Shown here: piece by piece, positions 12,995 through 24,850 of the stretch
Layout of the letters: every line of letters begins with the position of its first letter
Numbering within the stretch: position 1 is the stretch's first letter
NCBI GenBank assembly: GCA_038087875.1
Contig: JAXLNO010000324.1
Coordinates: 62,001-126,000 of the forward strand
Direction: 5' to 3'
DNA: 64,000 nt
Source of the DNA: Malacoraja senta
Taxonomy: Eukaryota
The notes under the pieces: generated by a model
Told to the model about the DNA's origin: nothing
Seen by the model: only the letters and a program-made list of their open reading frames with translations
The model's database searches: none
Program-made: the position numbers and the translations under genes

Positions 12995-13727
12995 AATCAA
13001 TCCCACAATCTGATTTATTGCATTGATCAATCAAGAAGATATTGGAAGAAATAGCATTTCTTTCCGCAAACTCGTATTTCATTCTTGGTGTAGTAGCCAT
13101 TTAACTTAACTCAGTATGTTATAACTATAACCAGTTACCTTTTAAAAAAAAAATCTGCCTGTAATTATGTGGGTGGGATTTATACGTAGTCTGGGGTGTG
13201 GTTTGTGGCTAGGATTCTGGCGCAGACTCCCTAGTAGTTAGTTTAGTTTGAAGAAGAATGGGGGAGAGGTCATAGCTTTCGACCATGCATGAGCATGACT
13301 ACGATTGAATTGAAATGTACTTATACAAGAAGAAGTTTGGATGAATATCTTACTGTTTTTACTACTACAATAAATAAACTATTAATCAAGAGACTGTGTT
13401 TGGAAGATTCATCTTTCGACAGCATTGAATGTCTCGTGGAGAGCTCGTGGGTGCATATCGATTATCTTCTGATCCCCTGTCTTCAATTAAAGTGACTAAA
13501 GGACTTCTCTTCTTCTTGTTGTATATGGCGTTCTCAGCCTAAAGTTGTAGGACAACTTGTTCTATTTGATCTTATTTGATTGTGCACGCCGGGTTGATTG
13601 CATTTGTCGAAACACGTGAAGGTTGCAATCTTCCACCCCACTAAAGGACTAAATCCTTGAAACGATATAAAAATCTGTCTACACGTGGTGAATTTAAAGA
13701 ACTCATTTATAGGTGTGACATGCACAT

Positions 13728-14450
13728 ATTTAAGTCAGAAGGTTGTGGGTTCAATCTCCGTCCACTGATTTGGCGAAGAAAGTCTAAGTTGACACTCCCT
13801 GGCAATACTGAGGGAGTGCTACTCTATTGGAAGTTCCCTCTTTCAGATAGCACAATAAACTAAGTGGCGCAGCGGTAGAGTTGCTGCCCTACAGCGAATG
13901 CAGCGCCAGGAGACCCGGGTTCGATCCCGACTACGGGTGATGTCTGTACGGAGTTTGTCCGTTCTCCCTGTGGCCTGCATGGGTTTTCTCCGAGATCTTT
14001 GGTTTCCCCCCACACTCCAAAGACGTCCAGGTTTGTAGGTTAATTGGCTTGGTAAATGTAAAAATTGTCCCTAGTGGGTGTAGGATAGTGTTAATGTGCG
14101 GGGATCACTGGTCGGCGTGGATCCGGTGGGCCGAAGGGCCTGTTTCCGTGCTGAAAATCTCTCTAAACTTAGGTTCAGGAGGATAAAAAAAGATCTCATG
14201 ATGCTGATTTGAAGAAAAGTATAGAAATTTCCCCCAGCATAGAGGGCAATGTTTATTCTTCATTCATTGTTTGTGAGATTGGTGATCTCCTCATTATCAC
14301 ATTGTGGTACATGGGAGCTCACTGTGCGAACATTGCGAGTCATATTTCCGACATTACAACTGTGACTACATTTTGAACAGTAAATAGTTGGCCACTTTAT
14401 TCGGAGTTCCCCCAGAGATATAAAAGCCTCTGTATAAAAAGTATCTCTCT
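13728..14450 (+). mobile_element. Old SacSINE1/DeuSINE-type SINE, split by a younger V-SINE
   Basis: AGTCAGAAGGTTGTGGGTTCAA...TACTGAGGGAGTGCT head and TCATTATCACATTG...ACATTACAACTGTGACTACA body resemble the Deu-domain SINE consensus as I recall it. Confidence 0.72.
13864..14170 (+). mobile_element. HE1-type tRNA-derived V-SINE
   Basis: A box TGGCGCAGCGG, B box GGTTCGATCC, V-domain GTCTGTACGGAGTTTGTCCGTTCTCCCTGTG and CR1-like tail GGGCCGAAGGGCCTGTTTCCGTGCTG. Confidence 0.88.
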
Positions 14451-14601
14451 CCTTATAGCACAAGGGAACTACTGATACTTTGTCCAACATCAGAGGTAAA
14501 TCATTTCTCTCTCACTGCTGATAGTTAGATTGATGCATCTCCAACAAAGCAACATTGACAGCAGACAATGTTACTTATAGCTGGATAAAATGCACAGTTA
14601 A

Positions 14602-15203
14602 AGGTCTGTCTCACGAATCTGCGGTCATTGGCGGCGAAACGGGAAGAATCTGCCGCCATAGACCGCGCACTCGTGAGAAAGAACAATTCCCGGGCCGTGC
14701 GACGGTGTTCCCAACACCGCGCGGTGCAAAAATAAAATCGACAATGTCGAAAACCAAATACTCACCGCACAACCTCCACCAGTGATGCACGAGTGCGCAC
14801 GGCCGCTCGCACGGGCCGCCGCCAGTGTGGGTCGAGCGCCGTGCGTCAAACCTCCTCTGCCACAGCCTCCGCCAGTGACGCACGTGCCGCCGCCAGTGAG
14901 GCACGTGTGCTGCGCGGCCGCAGGCACAGCCACCACTACAGCGCCGCGATCAGGATGGCCGCCGCCACAGCCGCCGCTGGTGAGTCACGTGCGGGGGGCC
15001 GACGTCATCGCAGTCGGCCCGCCCTTTTTTTACTTACCGCAAGCACGTGGGACCCGCCGTGTTTGAATTAACTCGGCCCCCGCGCAGCATGCGTGCGGCG
15101 CTCCGGTGGATAGGCTCGACGCTCTCGCCGTTGCCGCGCGGTCCTCGCTACCGGCGACGCCGCGCTTCACCGCCGATGACCGCAAACAGGTAAGACACGG
15201 CCT
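14602..15203. mobile_element. GC/CpG-rich PIF/Harbinger-like MITE with diverged TIRs
   Basis: Ends AGGTCTGTCTCAC.../...GTAAGACACGGCCT; subterminal IR TCTGCGGTCATTGGCGGCGAAACG vs CGCTTCACCGCCGATGACCGCAAA (20/24); flanked by TAA and TTA. Confidence 0.7.
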
Positions 15204-15329
15204 TTATAGCATTGGCACATCACCACGCACTTGTCCCAAAGTTCCAGCTAGAGGAACAATGAATGAAGGATAAACATTGCCCTGTATGCTGGGGGAAATT
15301 TCTATAATTTTCTTCAAAACAGCATCATG

Positions 15330-15362
15330 GGGACGGGACCCAACCGGTCCCCCTTGGTCTAG
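15330..15362 (+). mobile_element. Helitron-type 3' terminus
   Basis: Hairpin GGGACC-CAACC-GGTCCC (15335-15351), 7 nt, then CTAG (15359-15362) followed by T: the canonical Helitron 3' signature. No 5' TC end identified. Confidence 0.62.
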
Positions 15363-15721
15363 TTATAGTTAAAACATGTGAATGAAATGAAATACCAGAG
15401 CAAAAGGAGGCTGCAGACTTTGGCTATTGAGTAGAGCTACCGCTCGTGGAAAAAAAGCTGTTTTTATTTCTGGCTGTGGCGGCTTTGACGGTCCGGAGTC
15501 GCCTTCCAGAGGGAAGTTCATCTGCAGTCTTCTGCCACTGATAGGACCACCTGCAATTCATGGCATTTGGGATGAGGAAAGTCTTGGGGTGGTGGGTAGT
15601 GTGAGGAGATGTTGGAGTGGGTTAACTATGCTGCGAATGTTTGTTAAAAACATAAGCATTGCAGAACTAACGGAAGTTAAAAGAAGGAAAGATGAATGAG
15701 AAAATGGATACAGTCAAGTTA

Positions 15722-16217
15722 AAAGACACCAAGTGTTGGAGTAACTCAGTGGCCAGGCAGCACCTGGATAGGTGAAGTGTTGGAATAACTCAGTGGGCCA
15801 GGCAGCACCTGGATAGGTGAAGTGTTGGAGTAACTCAGTGGGCCAGGCAGCACCTGGATAGGTGAAGTGTTGGAGTAGCTCAGTGGGCCAGGCAGCACCT
15901 GGATAGGTGAAGTGTTGGAGTAACTCAGTGGGCCAGGCAGCACCTGGATAGGTGAAGTGTTGGAGTAACTCAGTGGGCCAGGCAGCACCTGGATAGGTGA
16001 AGTGTTGGAGTAACTCAGTGGGCCAGGCAGCACCTGGATAGGTGAAGCTTCGGTTGAAACCATTCTTCAGACTGATACCTCCTTCTCAGTCTGAAGAAAG
16101 GTCCCGTCCCAAAATATCACTTATCCATATTCTTCAGGGATGCTGCCTGACCTGCTCAGTTACTTCAGCATTTTGTGTCTTTATTTGTAAACCAGCATCT
16201 GCAGTTCTTTGTTTCTG
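15722..16217. mobile_element. Palindromic Penelope-like-derived short element with amplified arm
   Basis: Arms GGAGTAACTCAG..CAGGCAGCA / TGCTGCCTG..AGTTACTTCAGCA, tail TAAACCAGCATCTGCAGTTC; TSD CAGTCAAGTTA at 15711-15721 and 16218-16228. Confidence 0.75.
15731..16044 (+). repeat. 45-bp minisatellite, 7 near-identical copies
   Basis: Unit AAGTGTTGGAGTAACTCAGTGGGCCAGGCAGCACCTGGATAGGTG; first copy 44 bp; no spacers. Confidence 0.97.
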
Positions 16218-17664
16218 CAGTCAAGTTATTGGGTTTCCACCCATGCTCACATTACTGGCAACAGATTCAATGATGGCTGCTCCATCGATAACAAGAACTG
16301 TACTGTCTTTGCTGTGTGGGTAGAGTGATGTAGTTGTACCTGTCCACCACTAGCTGGTTGCTGTAGCCTGTGGTGGTTTGTGCAGCTCTTCCTCCTATAA
16401 GAGAGGGAAGTGTGCTAATACAGTATGTGTCTGACTCGTATTTGAGTGATATGCTGTTCTATTTGAATGGCAAAATAAATGTATTTACACCAGTGCTAGA
16501 TGTGAATGGATAAGTTGAGCCGATGGCATTAGATGTGAGCCTTGACTGAGGGAAATTGTTAATGAGTGAGTTAAGGAGATGTGATGAATTAAGCAGAGAT
16601 CTTGTGAACCTGTGGTGTGTTGCATGGGATACGGCATTCGAAGATGCGATCACTGAACTCCACCACACTTGTAAGCCCATTGGGTTTCATCCAGGTCATT
16701 GTAACTTGGCTTCTGGCAGTGACCTGCACAATTATCTCCTCTCATGTGTATCTGGGTGCGGATATGGGCCCGTATGTGTGTGTTATGTGTATGCGTGTCT
16801 GTATGCATGTTCATTTATTAGGTTTTTCCTATTCTGTTTGCTCCAGTTGTCCCTTGACCTCAACACTCACAGATGTCATAAAATAGAGACATTTTTAACT
16901 TATCAAAGCTCAGAAATTAAAACTGTTAAGAGAACAGTTTCTTGATGTCTGCTATAATTATTACTTTGACAAGTAATGTCTGCTGTACCTTTTCTAGAAT
17001 GCCTGTGTTTAGCTTTATTTATTTACGAGCCAGCTATCTGCAATCACATTTCATTAGCATTAATGGAGAAACGGAAAGTGCTTTAGTGCCAGCGCTGTAC
17101 CCAAAACAGCAAGCGAATAAATCATTTTGGAGCAATATCCAGGCTGCCTCTGCAGGTGATTCATTGATTATGCTATTAGCTTCATGCACACTCTAATGTC
17201 AAACTTAAACACTCCACATTCATTATGACGGCTTCTCCTGCAGTAATATCACCTTATTAGCCATGACATGAGAAGCATTTTATTTTCCAGGCTCTTGTTT
17301 CCTGCAGGTATACTGTACCTTGTTAGATGTGGAATTTCATTTATCAAACCTTCTCGCTTGACAGGATCTCACTGGACAAGACTGACAGACACTATCAGTC
17401 ATTGTTTTACAGAGTATAGCTTTTAACCCTGCATGAATACAAATGCCCCGCACCCTGTCAGCTGGGAGGCAAACAAAATATTTCAAGCCATTGTGAGGGC
17501 ATTCACGCATTTACAACAAGGGCAAGTCATCAGGGTTTAATGATGCCAGCTCTTGGTCCAGTCTTAACCACACTTTGATGATGTACAGGACATGAAGAGA
17601 GAATGGGTTGAATGACCAGAAAAACCAGCCAAGCAACAGATTTGTTGTCCAACTAGTGAATAGA

Positions 17665-17829
17665 ATGTACAGTGTATGGGACATGTACAGTGTATGGGAC
17701 ATGTACAGTGTATGGGACATGTACAGTGTATGGGACAGTGTACAGTGTATGGGACATGTACAGTGTATGGGACAGTGTACAGTGTATGGGACATGTACAG
17801 TGTATGGGACAGTGTACAGTGTATGGGAC
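17665..17829 (+). repeat. 18/19-bp minisatellite, 9 units
   Basis: ATGTACAGTGTATGGGAC x6 mixed with AGTGTACAGTGTATGGGAC x3. Confidence 0.96.
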
Positions 17830-17994
17830 ATGTGCAAGAAGCACAGAAACATGTAAGAACCTGATAACAATTAGAGGGAACAATTAGCAGTGTAATTGTG
17901 CCATTGTTAATAGAGACTGATACTTGAATGCATCAACATATTTTTCCATAATGAGCACGGACAATTCCTGATGGACACCAATGTGTTCACATTG

Positions 17995-19289
17995 CGAGAA
18001 TTGCTCGATTCTGAGCTTCCCCCCAGTCTAGTTTCAGTAAAAACACTGAATCAAGCACTTGAAACCACTACATTTTATTTTTCCAAAAGCGCGTCACAGA
18101 TCAAACACTGTACCTATCCCACCGCGGGTTTGATCCTTGCGTCTGCCTGTTCAAGCCCTCTCGGCCTCACTCAGACAGAGACACTCCAGATGTTCACGCA
18201 GTCCCGAGCACTCTTCCAGAAGATCGACGCTGAGACTCATGATCGCGGACTTTTACATCCCGGGACCTCGAGGGGCCAAACCACATGGGGGTGGTCTCTC
18301 ACTAACCCAATTACAAATATCAATTAACCCCATACATAAAGGGCCTGTCCCACCAGCATGCGATTGCGTGCGTCTAGCGCAACCAAATGTGGTGGCTTGA
18401 GGCGTACGGCCTCGCGGGGCCAGTCCTACTTCCAACCGCGGAGACGTCTGGAGTTGTGTGGGGCTGGTCCCGACATCATACTCACCAATCAGCTGGGCAG
18501 GAGGCGGGCCGACTGAATTTCGACGTCGCACAGCGTCGGGCGGTGACGTCATTACGCAACGGCACGCCGGGCGGTTACGCAATCGCACAATGCCATGCAC
18601 TAGGCATACGCCGTCAAGACGCTGCGTACGACGTCAAGACGCTGCGTACGACGTCGAGACGCTGTGTACGTCCTCAATGCGGCTGCGGGCCCACAGGCCG
18701 TTGGCGCGTGGGATTTTTGGACAGTGTCAGTTTTTCGGAGCCCTGCGCAATGTCGGGACCAGACCAGCCCCGCACAACTCCATACGGCTCCGGCGATCGA
18801 AGTGGGACCGGCCCTGCGAGGCCTTACGTTCAAGCGATCATGTTAGCTGGTGGGACAGGCCTTAACAGACATTTCCCTAACCCAATGATACAACAGTTCA
18901 ATCCATTGTATTCAAAATGGACTTCGAGAGGAAGTCAACTTGGAAACATTTCCCTGATTTACAGAAAACCCAGACAAGGCTCAACACCTTATCCAATCAA
19001 CACTTGGCAAAGTCAGACTGTGCAACAATATTTACAACTATTTACAAGGTGTATGTCTGGTTTGCAGCCATCCAATCCATTCTATGCATTTTGCACCAGA
19101 TTGACAGGGTTTGCAGATCTTCCCATTCTTTGCTTGCAAATTGTATCTAAGCTCCAGACATTCTGGCACCTCTCTGCAGCTTGTCCCAGCTCTGCAGAGA
19201 GTAATTCCAATTTGACCAAATCTCCCAGCAACCCTGAAACTTAACCCCATTTTGAAGTCCTAGCTGCTCCAATTTAGCCAGGATTAACA
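17995..19289 (-). repeat. 3' LTR of the ERV, interrupted by a 523-bp MITE
   Basis: Aligns with 26243-27013 at roughly 90% by eye; starts TGTTAATCCTGGC on the minus strand; terminal CA mutated to CG. Confidence 0.93.
18340..18862. mobile_element. PIF/Harbinger-type foldback MITE inside the 3' LTR
   Basis: TIR AGGGCCTGTCCCACCAG / CTGGTGGGACAGGCCT; TAA duplicated at 18337-18339 and 18863-18865; the other LTR shows the empty site CATACATAACAGG; long subterminal IRs (~18400-18477 vs ~18750-18830). Confidence 0.93.
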
Positions 19290-19301
19290 TTCCTTCCTTT
19301 T
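19290..19301 (-). promoter_or_regulatory. Polypurine tract of the ERV
   Basis: Minus strand AAAAGGAAGGAA directly abuts the TG start of the 3' LTR. Confidence 0.85.
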
Positions 19302-20529
19302 ATCATAATGATAACCCATCATTAATGATAACCAAAGTGGCTCAATAATCAGCTAACCAATATACATAAGTGTGCTTTATATTTCGCATCTATCAGTAGC
19401 ACAAGATGAATGATGTTTCTTCTCAGAATCTTGTCAAGCGTCCCGAGTTTTCATGGGCATAACTTCACAAGTTCTGTCTGAGGAGTCTTCACCTCCCGAG
19501 TTTTCGTGGGCACGAATTCCCTCCATCCGTGTTCCTGCCCAGTCTTCCATCACCTTCCACAGTCGAACCTAAACCCTAGAAAATTCTAAGAAGCTTGGGA
19601 CAAAGCAAGTTACCATCATGCACTCAGGCTTTCTCACACATATCGCTATTTCACTTGAACCTATCCCTTTTCTATTATCTATTAAACCTATTATATTGTG
19701 CTCTATGACTATATCCCTATTCCTATTCTGTTTCCTAATATATTCTTTATTATTCTAGGATCAACACTAATTAGCCTTCTTCATTCTCACACAATGTTAT
19801 ACTTTGTATATCTGATGACAGGTAATCATATAATTTCCAGCTGGGTTCGGTCCAGATTTCCCTAAAGGCGTAACTTTAATTTAAAGCAAACCATGATAAA
19901 TGTTCCAATTTAACCAAATTCAGTCTCAACCTTCAATTTACTATTCTAATATCAATGCCCATTTCCTATTTCTCATTCCACAGCATTGTAGCAGATAATA
20001 CAATTCCCTTCCAATTCCTGTGGAATTCCCAGCTGTTCAAATTTAAACAATCAATTTCCTTTACTATTAATTTTATCCTAAGTCCAATCAAAAATTCCAA
20101 ATCCAGGGACAATTTCTTTCCACCTTGATAATATAAGCCGCTTTACCATCAATGGTTAAACAATTCAAATCCATCAGGCAAATACACATCGGCTCTGCTA
20201 TTCCCAATACAATTCAAGTTTCCCCCTACAGTTAACCAAGTCTTTCCTCCGGTGCCTCTTATTCATGTATGCATTCCTCACTATGGTAACTCGTTACTAT
20301 GCTGATTCTCCACTATGTTGGTTCTTTACTCTATTAGCTCTTGCTATGTTGGCTTCGTTCACTGTCTAGCTTTTTTCTATTGGCTTCGTTCTTTGTCTAG
20401 AGGTTCTTATCTCTAAATATCTCTTCTAGATGTTTAGTATTGATCTTCCGAGGGGAACATGAATTTTCGGTCTTCCGCATCATTTTATACTACCACCTTA
20501 CGTTTCCAGGGTATGTCTTAATTCCTGAT

Positions 20530-20770
20530 ATCTGCTAGGGTCTGTCCCTTCCTTAATGGTAACTAAATGGTCTAGTTCTATCTTCGACTATCTCCAATGG
20601 GTGAGACTAAAGAAGAATGCTAAATTAACAGTCAATTCTCCAACAATTCTAAGACTGTATCCCATAAGCCCTCTTTGAATTAATTTACTTATAACTAAAT
20701 GTTGGCGCAAAGTGAGTATTTTGCCGCAAATCACAGAGAAATTCCTTTTTTATTCTGATCCAATTCTAAA
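20530..20770 (-). pseudogene. Probable decayed retroviral protease
   Basis: Minus 20744-20710 reads GAA TTT CTC TGT GAT TTG CG GCA AAA TAC TCA = EFLCD-x-x-AKYS, resembling FLxDTGAxYS with a 1-nt loss; lies downstream of gag as expected. Confidence 0.45.
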
Positions 20771-21278
20771 GAGGAGCGATCCTAACAGACATTATAAGTT
20801 GCAGTGTTATTTCTTTCAAAGATGATTAAAGTGTCCTTTTTATTCTCCTTCCTTTTCTTCCTTCAGTAGCTAGGTGATATTAAAGTTGGGCACTAGGGTA
20901 GGTACTTTTCTTCCTCCTTTCTGATGATGGTGTCGGTTACTAGGGAGTGGAGATACCGAGAAGCATGTTGCTCTGCCTGCTGGCGTTCCCAAATGTCTTA
21001 AAGGGGCAGGACAGTATCAATTCTTCCTGCTGGTCACCTTTTTCTGGGGGGCTACATTACCTTTCGCTGTCTTCCCGTTCTTAGGGGTCTGTGCATTCTT
21101 TTACCTCACTCCCCAGACAGTCCCTTGTTGACATACTGTCCTGCAGGCACAAAACTCAGCAATACATGAATTCAATATCTTCTTTCTCCACTCCCATTCC
21201 TCCTGCACGGTAAGTTTGTTTCTTCTCTCCCTAGTGCCATTTCCATTCCTTAATTGTTATCTCTTATCACGCCAGCTA

Positions 21279-23726
21279 CTATGTTCCTTTTCTTACTTGC
21301 TTTATTGCCCCTTGATTTTTCTTCAATCCAGCTTTGTTCTGCCTTCTTGTTGGACACTCCTTACTCCAGTGACCTGATTGGGTGCAGTTTAAACAAGCTC
21401 CTTTATTTACAATCTTCTTTGCTCTAAGGGGTTTTCTGAGGTAATCATAATAGGGTTTATAATTTTCTTCCATAAAATTTTCAGTTTTTATTACGATCGT
21501 ATATCCAATCCGCTCATTCTGGTAAAATACTTGAGGGGGTTCTAGAGTAGGGGTCATGTCTCCATGCCCACAATTCTTGGACGGGTTGGTGAGTCAGGAC
21601 TGAAAAAATGGGTACGCTTGAGTAAACGGGTGTGGCTTCTCAGTTCCTGACATTCGGGCCATCTCTCTTTCTGGTTTCTTGGGTCCCTGTAGTCTCTTGA
21701 ATTAAAGGACCTCCCATAATTCCTTGGATTGCGGATGTCTCTATATTCTCTAGGATCTCTAAGTTCTTCATAATCCTGGAAATACCTTCTTTGACCCCTC
21801 TCTTTCATCTGCTGCTTAATTGGACAGGCCCTACTCCAATGTCCCATCCCTCCACAAGTATAGCATTGGTTAGGCAGCATTGTTGGTCTTATTCTACCCC
21901 TGAAATGGTTCCATTGAAATGGTCTCGAGATTGGAAGTATAGCGGTGATAGTACTCTGAATAATCTGGGACCCTAATTTCTCCCAATCCTTAATTTACTG
22001 GCACTCTGGGGATCCATGGTTCAGAGTTAGATTTGGGTAATTCTTCCTTCGCTGTTCGTTCACTTTCTCTCCTAGTTACAGGATAATTCTCCTGGTTCCT
22101 ACCTTCCTTCCAATAATATCTCTGCTATTTGACTGGCTCGGCTCTCAGACCAGTGCCTGTTATTAGTTTTAATTAAATCCGCTATTTTAGTGGAGAGACA
22201 ATTCAGCAAGCCAGCACAATATTGAGGGGAACTTACTCCATTCTGATAGTCTAAATCACCTGATTGGTCTACATATAATTTTGAAAAGCAGTTTAGAAAT
22301 TCGTCTGCCCCTTCACCCTTCTCTGGTTTTATTTCCAGGACTCTACTTAAATCGCCTGGTTTCTGAAACGTTTTTGCAAGAGCCATTAAAACAGCCTCTT
22401 CTCTTGCACTGTCATCCATTACCGCGCCCGCCAATGTTTCATAAGTCGGGTGTCCTAGGGCTACTAGAAATTTGGTATTCTCAGCTGGAGTAATTATCTG
22501 TTGTATGGTCTCCCACAAATCCCGTGAATCTGTATGATATACACGTATTTGTGGTTCGCAAATACTCTATAAAAGCAGCAGGTGACTTCTTCCTATTAGG
22601 GATTCTGTTTAATACTGCCATTATTTCATGGGGTTTCCATGGCAAATGGGCGTCTGTAACGCGGAAATTATTCATACTCACTGCGCTGGCCGAATCTGCT
22701 ATACCTATTCCTTACCTTCCTGGTAATTGCCTATGGGATACCTGTTCAATTCGTAAGCTTTCTATTTCAAAGTCTATTTCGTCAAAGTCTATTTCGGTAT
22801 CTAGAATCACTCTCACCCTCCGATAAATCTTCCGGTTCACTAGGGATTTCCCGATACTGCCCAAATAAATAATTCCTTTCCACTCGAGTAATCTGCATAG
22901 GTTGTGGCTCACAGAAATACTCTGGCGGTTGCATTATATCTAACATACCTTTCTTTTCTTTAAACACCGGAGCTAACCTTTTCGTTCTACTCCGTGTGCC
23001 ATAAGCCACTAGATGATCTATCAGTGATGGCATGGATAGGATCGAAGGATCTGGTACCTCAGTATCTGCTGTTGGTAAAACCTGTTCAGATGTAGATTCT
23101 GCAGACCTAAAATATTTATTACAGACACAAGTCATACACGGTGCTAATGAAGCCTGGGAAACGCAAGAGGAACATGGTGGGAGCTGTGAACTTCCACTGG
23201 CGTTGACATTTGTCCACTTCTAAATACTCATCCTCTTCCCCCTCAAAGTCAGCACTAACCATCGGATTCTTAATCTTTAATTTTACAGGGACTACTTTTC
23301 TTCCAGGAGATCCACCTTTCCCTTGTTCTGCGTGTTTCCCTTTATCTTCACTCCTGTTCCTACCACTACCTAGAGGTCGATCTACTTCACCTTTTAGTTC
23401 TAATTCAAGTTTAGCGATCGCTTTTTCTCAACTAGCCATCTCTTGACCTCCTTATTCGCCTTCCGATCCTCAAAATATTTTCTCCATAACCCTATTAATT
23501 CTTTTGCACCCTCGTTATTACTATGCTGCCAAATGATTTGTTCTATGTATTTTATCCCTTTTGCTGTTCTAATTCCCCCCGGCGGCCATAGCTTATTTCC
23601 TAATTTCTTATTTAATGCTCCTGATAAATTTCTTAATTTCTCTGCCTTATGAGGAAACTCCTTACACATTAGTTGTAATGGACTTTTCTCTTCTTCTGTG
23701 ATATCTCTGTCTACATTATTACCCAT
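21279..23726 (-). pseudogene. gag: Frameshifted retroviral gag (MA, CA, two CCHC knuckles)
   Basis: MGNN start at 23726 (Gly2) with LWPPGG in MA; CA-like LPWKPHEIMAVLNRIPNRKKSPAAF and MHR-like KPEKGEGADEFLNCF; knuckles CYTCGGMGHWSRAC (21865-21824) and CLNCTQSGHWSKEC (21395-21354); broken over several ORFs. Confidence 0.88.
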
Positions 23727-24850
23727 GCTTCTGAACACCTGAAACAGAGTTTTTTACATCCTTCCTTTTATCTCCCTAAATTTACCAAGTACGCGCCTAA
23801 GTAATGGCTAATGGTTCAAAGCGATTGCAGCCTCGCAACTCGTTACTCCTTTGCTCCACCAGTCCTGTTCTCTTATTCAAATACTTCTCCTACCTCCCAC
23901 GTCCATACTCTTTTAACCTCATGATTTTCTCAATCAAAACATCTAAAAATGATTTTCAGACACGTAAGTAACACAGTCCACAAACAGGATAACACGCTAC
24001 CTATCACTATCAGGCACAACCACACTCCTGGATGAACCACAATCATTTGTCTATTATAAATCACGCACTCTAAGAAATCATCCTCATGGCGCAATCAATC
24101 AGCAGGATGACTCCTCCCCCGATGCAGCGATCGGCAGAGTGCAACCCCTGATCAAACCACCCAGATTCAGATTCTTACAAAATGATATTAAACAAATACA
24201 AATATCTAACTTAAACACACTCTCTCTTCAAGTTTTAAATCCGTAACTCGCACAAACAGCAACACAAATGACGGTCCACGGATCTAAATCTTAACCTTTA
24301 ACTACTTCAAATTTATTCACATACAGAGAATATTTACAAAATCTGGATCCTATAACAATACGGAAAGCTAGATTTTTGCAATTAACAAAATGATTTAAAG
24401 ATCTAGAGCACATTTCACGAACACTCGATCTCGACGCCGCGTCACGTTGTTATCACGCAGTGAACCTCTCCCTCTGATACCAAAGATTTTCCCCTTCCTA
24501 GTTTACTCTTTGCTGGTGGGTAGTATTCCCTAAATTATTACTTTTCCTCGGAATGTTACTATCCCGCTTCTAAGACTTCTATAGGGGGACCTCTATCCCT
24601 CCTCTCTAAGTTCGACAGAATTAGGGGTACCCTTCGCTATTCGGATTACTTTTCGTCAAGTAGGGAGGTTCCCGTCTCTCAGGTACTCTTTGCTATCAAG
24701 TACTAGTCAACAATCGACCAGAGGGTTACTATTCACTGTTGATCAGCCGCTATTCGGAATCGATCATGGACATGCACCAACTTTTAAGTTCTATATACAG
24801 GAATTCGAATTCCACCTTACGCAGAACTTCAATATGAAATCAAGTATTTG

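Noticed and set aside
13160..13425. Possible solo LTR (TG start, AATAAA near the end)
   Set aside because: No TSD, clear terminal inverted repeat or second copy in the window.
13864..13935. tRNA gene
   Set aside because: A and B boxes continue into the V-domain and LINE tail, so this is a SINE head; the same holds for the other copies.
14555..15071. Overlapping GC-rich ORFs or CpG-island promoter
   Set aside because: They fall inside a TIR-bounded MITE; high GC removes stop codons.
15731..16044. CRISPR array or repeat-protein ORF (15746-16063)
   Set aside because: Repeats are contiguous with no spacers, there are no cas genes and the DNA is vertebrate; the ORF exists only because the unit is 45 bp.
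17511..17887. Cys/His-rich repeat ORFs
   Set aside because: Translations of the 18/19-bp minisatellite in several frames.
18387..19244. 285-aa ORF
   Set aside because: Runs across the MITE/LTR junction, antisense to the ERV, with no recognisable domain.
19300..20500. Faint integrase- or protease-like words (EPSWK, IRGTGG) in the ERV 3' interior
   Set aside because: Too short and riddled with stops to support a domain call without an HMM search.
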